A DNA stretch of 64,000 bases, from the NCBI GenBank assembly GCA_964415295.1, contig CAYPYN010000002.1:324595-388594 (forward strand), in the 5' to 3' direction. Below, one piece after another: positions 63,776 to 64,000 of this stretch (positions within the stretch are counted from its first letter, which is position 1; each line of letters opens with the position of its first letter). Source of the stretch: an uncultured Bacteroidota bacterium (GTDB lineage Bacteria > CLD3 > SB21). Under the pieces are notes generated by a model. The model saw nothing but the letters and a program-made list of their open reading frames with translations, had not been told where the DNA came from and did not search any database. Made by a program: the position numbers and the translations under genes.

Positions 63776-64000
63776 ATTTCTTTCGGCGGCACGATCACCA
63801 CTTCCTCTCTTTCTATCACTACTTGACCCGGGCGTGAGCCTTTAGGCTTTCGTACATATTTTTTCAATGTGTACGCCACCGGCACCAGGGAAGAGGTCCT
63901 GGCTTTGCTGAAAAACGCCGCGATCGACGCCGCCGACTCTATGGCTTGTTTGCCGGGATTGTCCTTACGTCCGTCGCGCTTGAGGATGACATGAGAACCG
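63776..64000 (-). CDS. Partial ORF (N-terminus beyond window), possibly a ribosome-associated / sigma-54-modulation (HPF-like) protein
   Basis: The C-terminus is ...HVILKRDGRKDNPGKQAIESAASIAAFFSKARTSSLVPVAYTLKKYVRKPKGSRPGQVVIEREEVVIVPPKEMN*. Its position immediately upstream of ptsN recalls the rpoN-hpf-ptsN arrangement. The identification is weak. Confidence 0.3.

Noticed and set aside
1-64000. rRNA, tRNA or tmRNA genes
   Set aside because: No cloverleaf-compatible 70-90 bp GC-rich segments or rRNA-like conserved stretches were noticed in the non-coding gaps. This cannot be excluded without tRNAscan or Infernal.

Overview
This 64 kb window is from a moderate-GC bacterium that uses Shine-Dalgarno sites and has a Bacteroides-type sdhCAB, so it is probably from the FCB group or a relative. 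The window falls into six blocks.

- **1-2000:** the 3' part of a minus-strand YdeP-like molybdopterin oxidoreductase gene, running off the window start.
- **2.2-13.3 kb:** a complete minus-strand locus for catabolism of collagen-derived hydroxyproline. It contains a prolidase, a Cys/Thr-type proline-racemase homolog (trans-3-hydroxy-L-proline dehydratase type), an ornithine-cyclodeaminase-family putative Pyr2C reductase, a Cys/Cys 4-hydroxyproline epimerase, a FAD-dependent D-hydroxyproline dehydrogenase, a DHDPS-family putative Pyr4H2C deaminase, an alpha-ketoglutarate-semialdehyde-type aldehyde dehydrogenase, a GntR/FadR regulator and an MFS transporter. Its intergenic gaps hold five copies of a roughly 190 bp MITE-like element with about 33 bp terminal inverted repeats and a 3' palindromic hairpin.
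- **13.6-31.5 kb:** a DinB-like protein, a KirBac-type potassium channel, PhoH2 (PIN-PhoH), the B12-dependent class II ribonucleotide reductase NrdJ, sdhCAB, a secreted protein made of four internal repeats of about 135 aa, and a roughly 1060 aa BNR/Asp-box protein.
- **34.1-52.8 kb:** about 18.7 kb of genes all on the plus strand, most with overlapping or abutting start/stop codons. They encode an IPCT-like cytidylyltransferase, two GT4 glycosyltransferases, a membrane SAM methyltransferase, GmhA, a Wzx-like flippase, a canonical PgsA-like CDP-alcohol phosphatidyltransferase, a HAD-IB phosphatase, a LarA-like protein, and three paralogous fusion proteins that join a degenerate cytidylyltransferase-like domain to a CDP-alcohol phosphotransferase domain. 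Two of the three carry a non-canonical catalytic motif. A split CoA-substrate-specific-activase-like pair, a DUF3047 protein and a glycine-zipper membrane protein follow. I consider this block the best candidate for a previously undescribed system: a phospho-alcohol (inositol-, glycerol- or heptose-phosphate-like) glycolipid or polymer pathway related to IPCT/DIPPS or teichoic-acid chemistry.
- **52.8-64 kb:** housekeeping genes: dnaE, a RumA-like RNA methyltransferase, guaA, a NUDIX hydrolase, ppa, a CoA-disulfide reductase/NADH oxidase, ptsN and a partial upstream ORF, plus one hypothetical secreted protein.

I found no rRNA, tRNA or CRISPR array by inspection.
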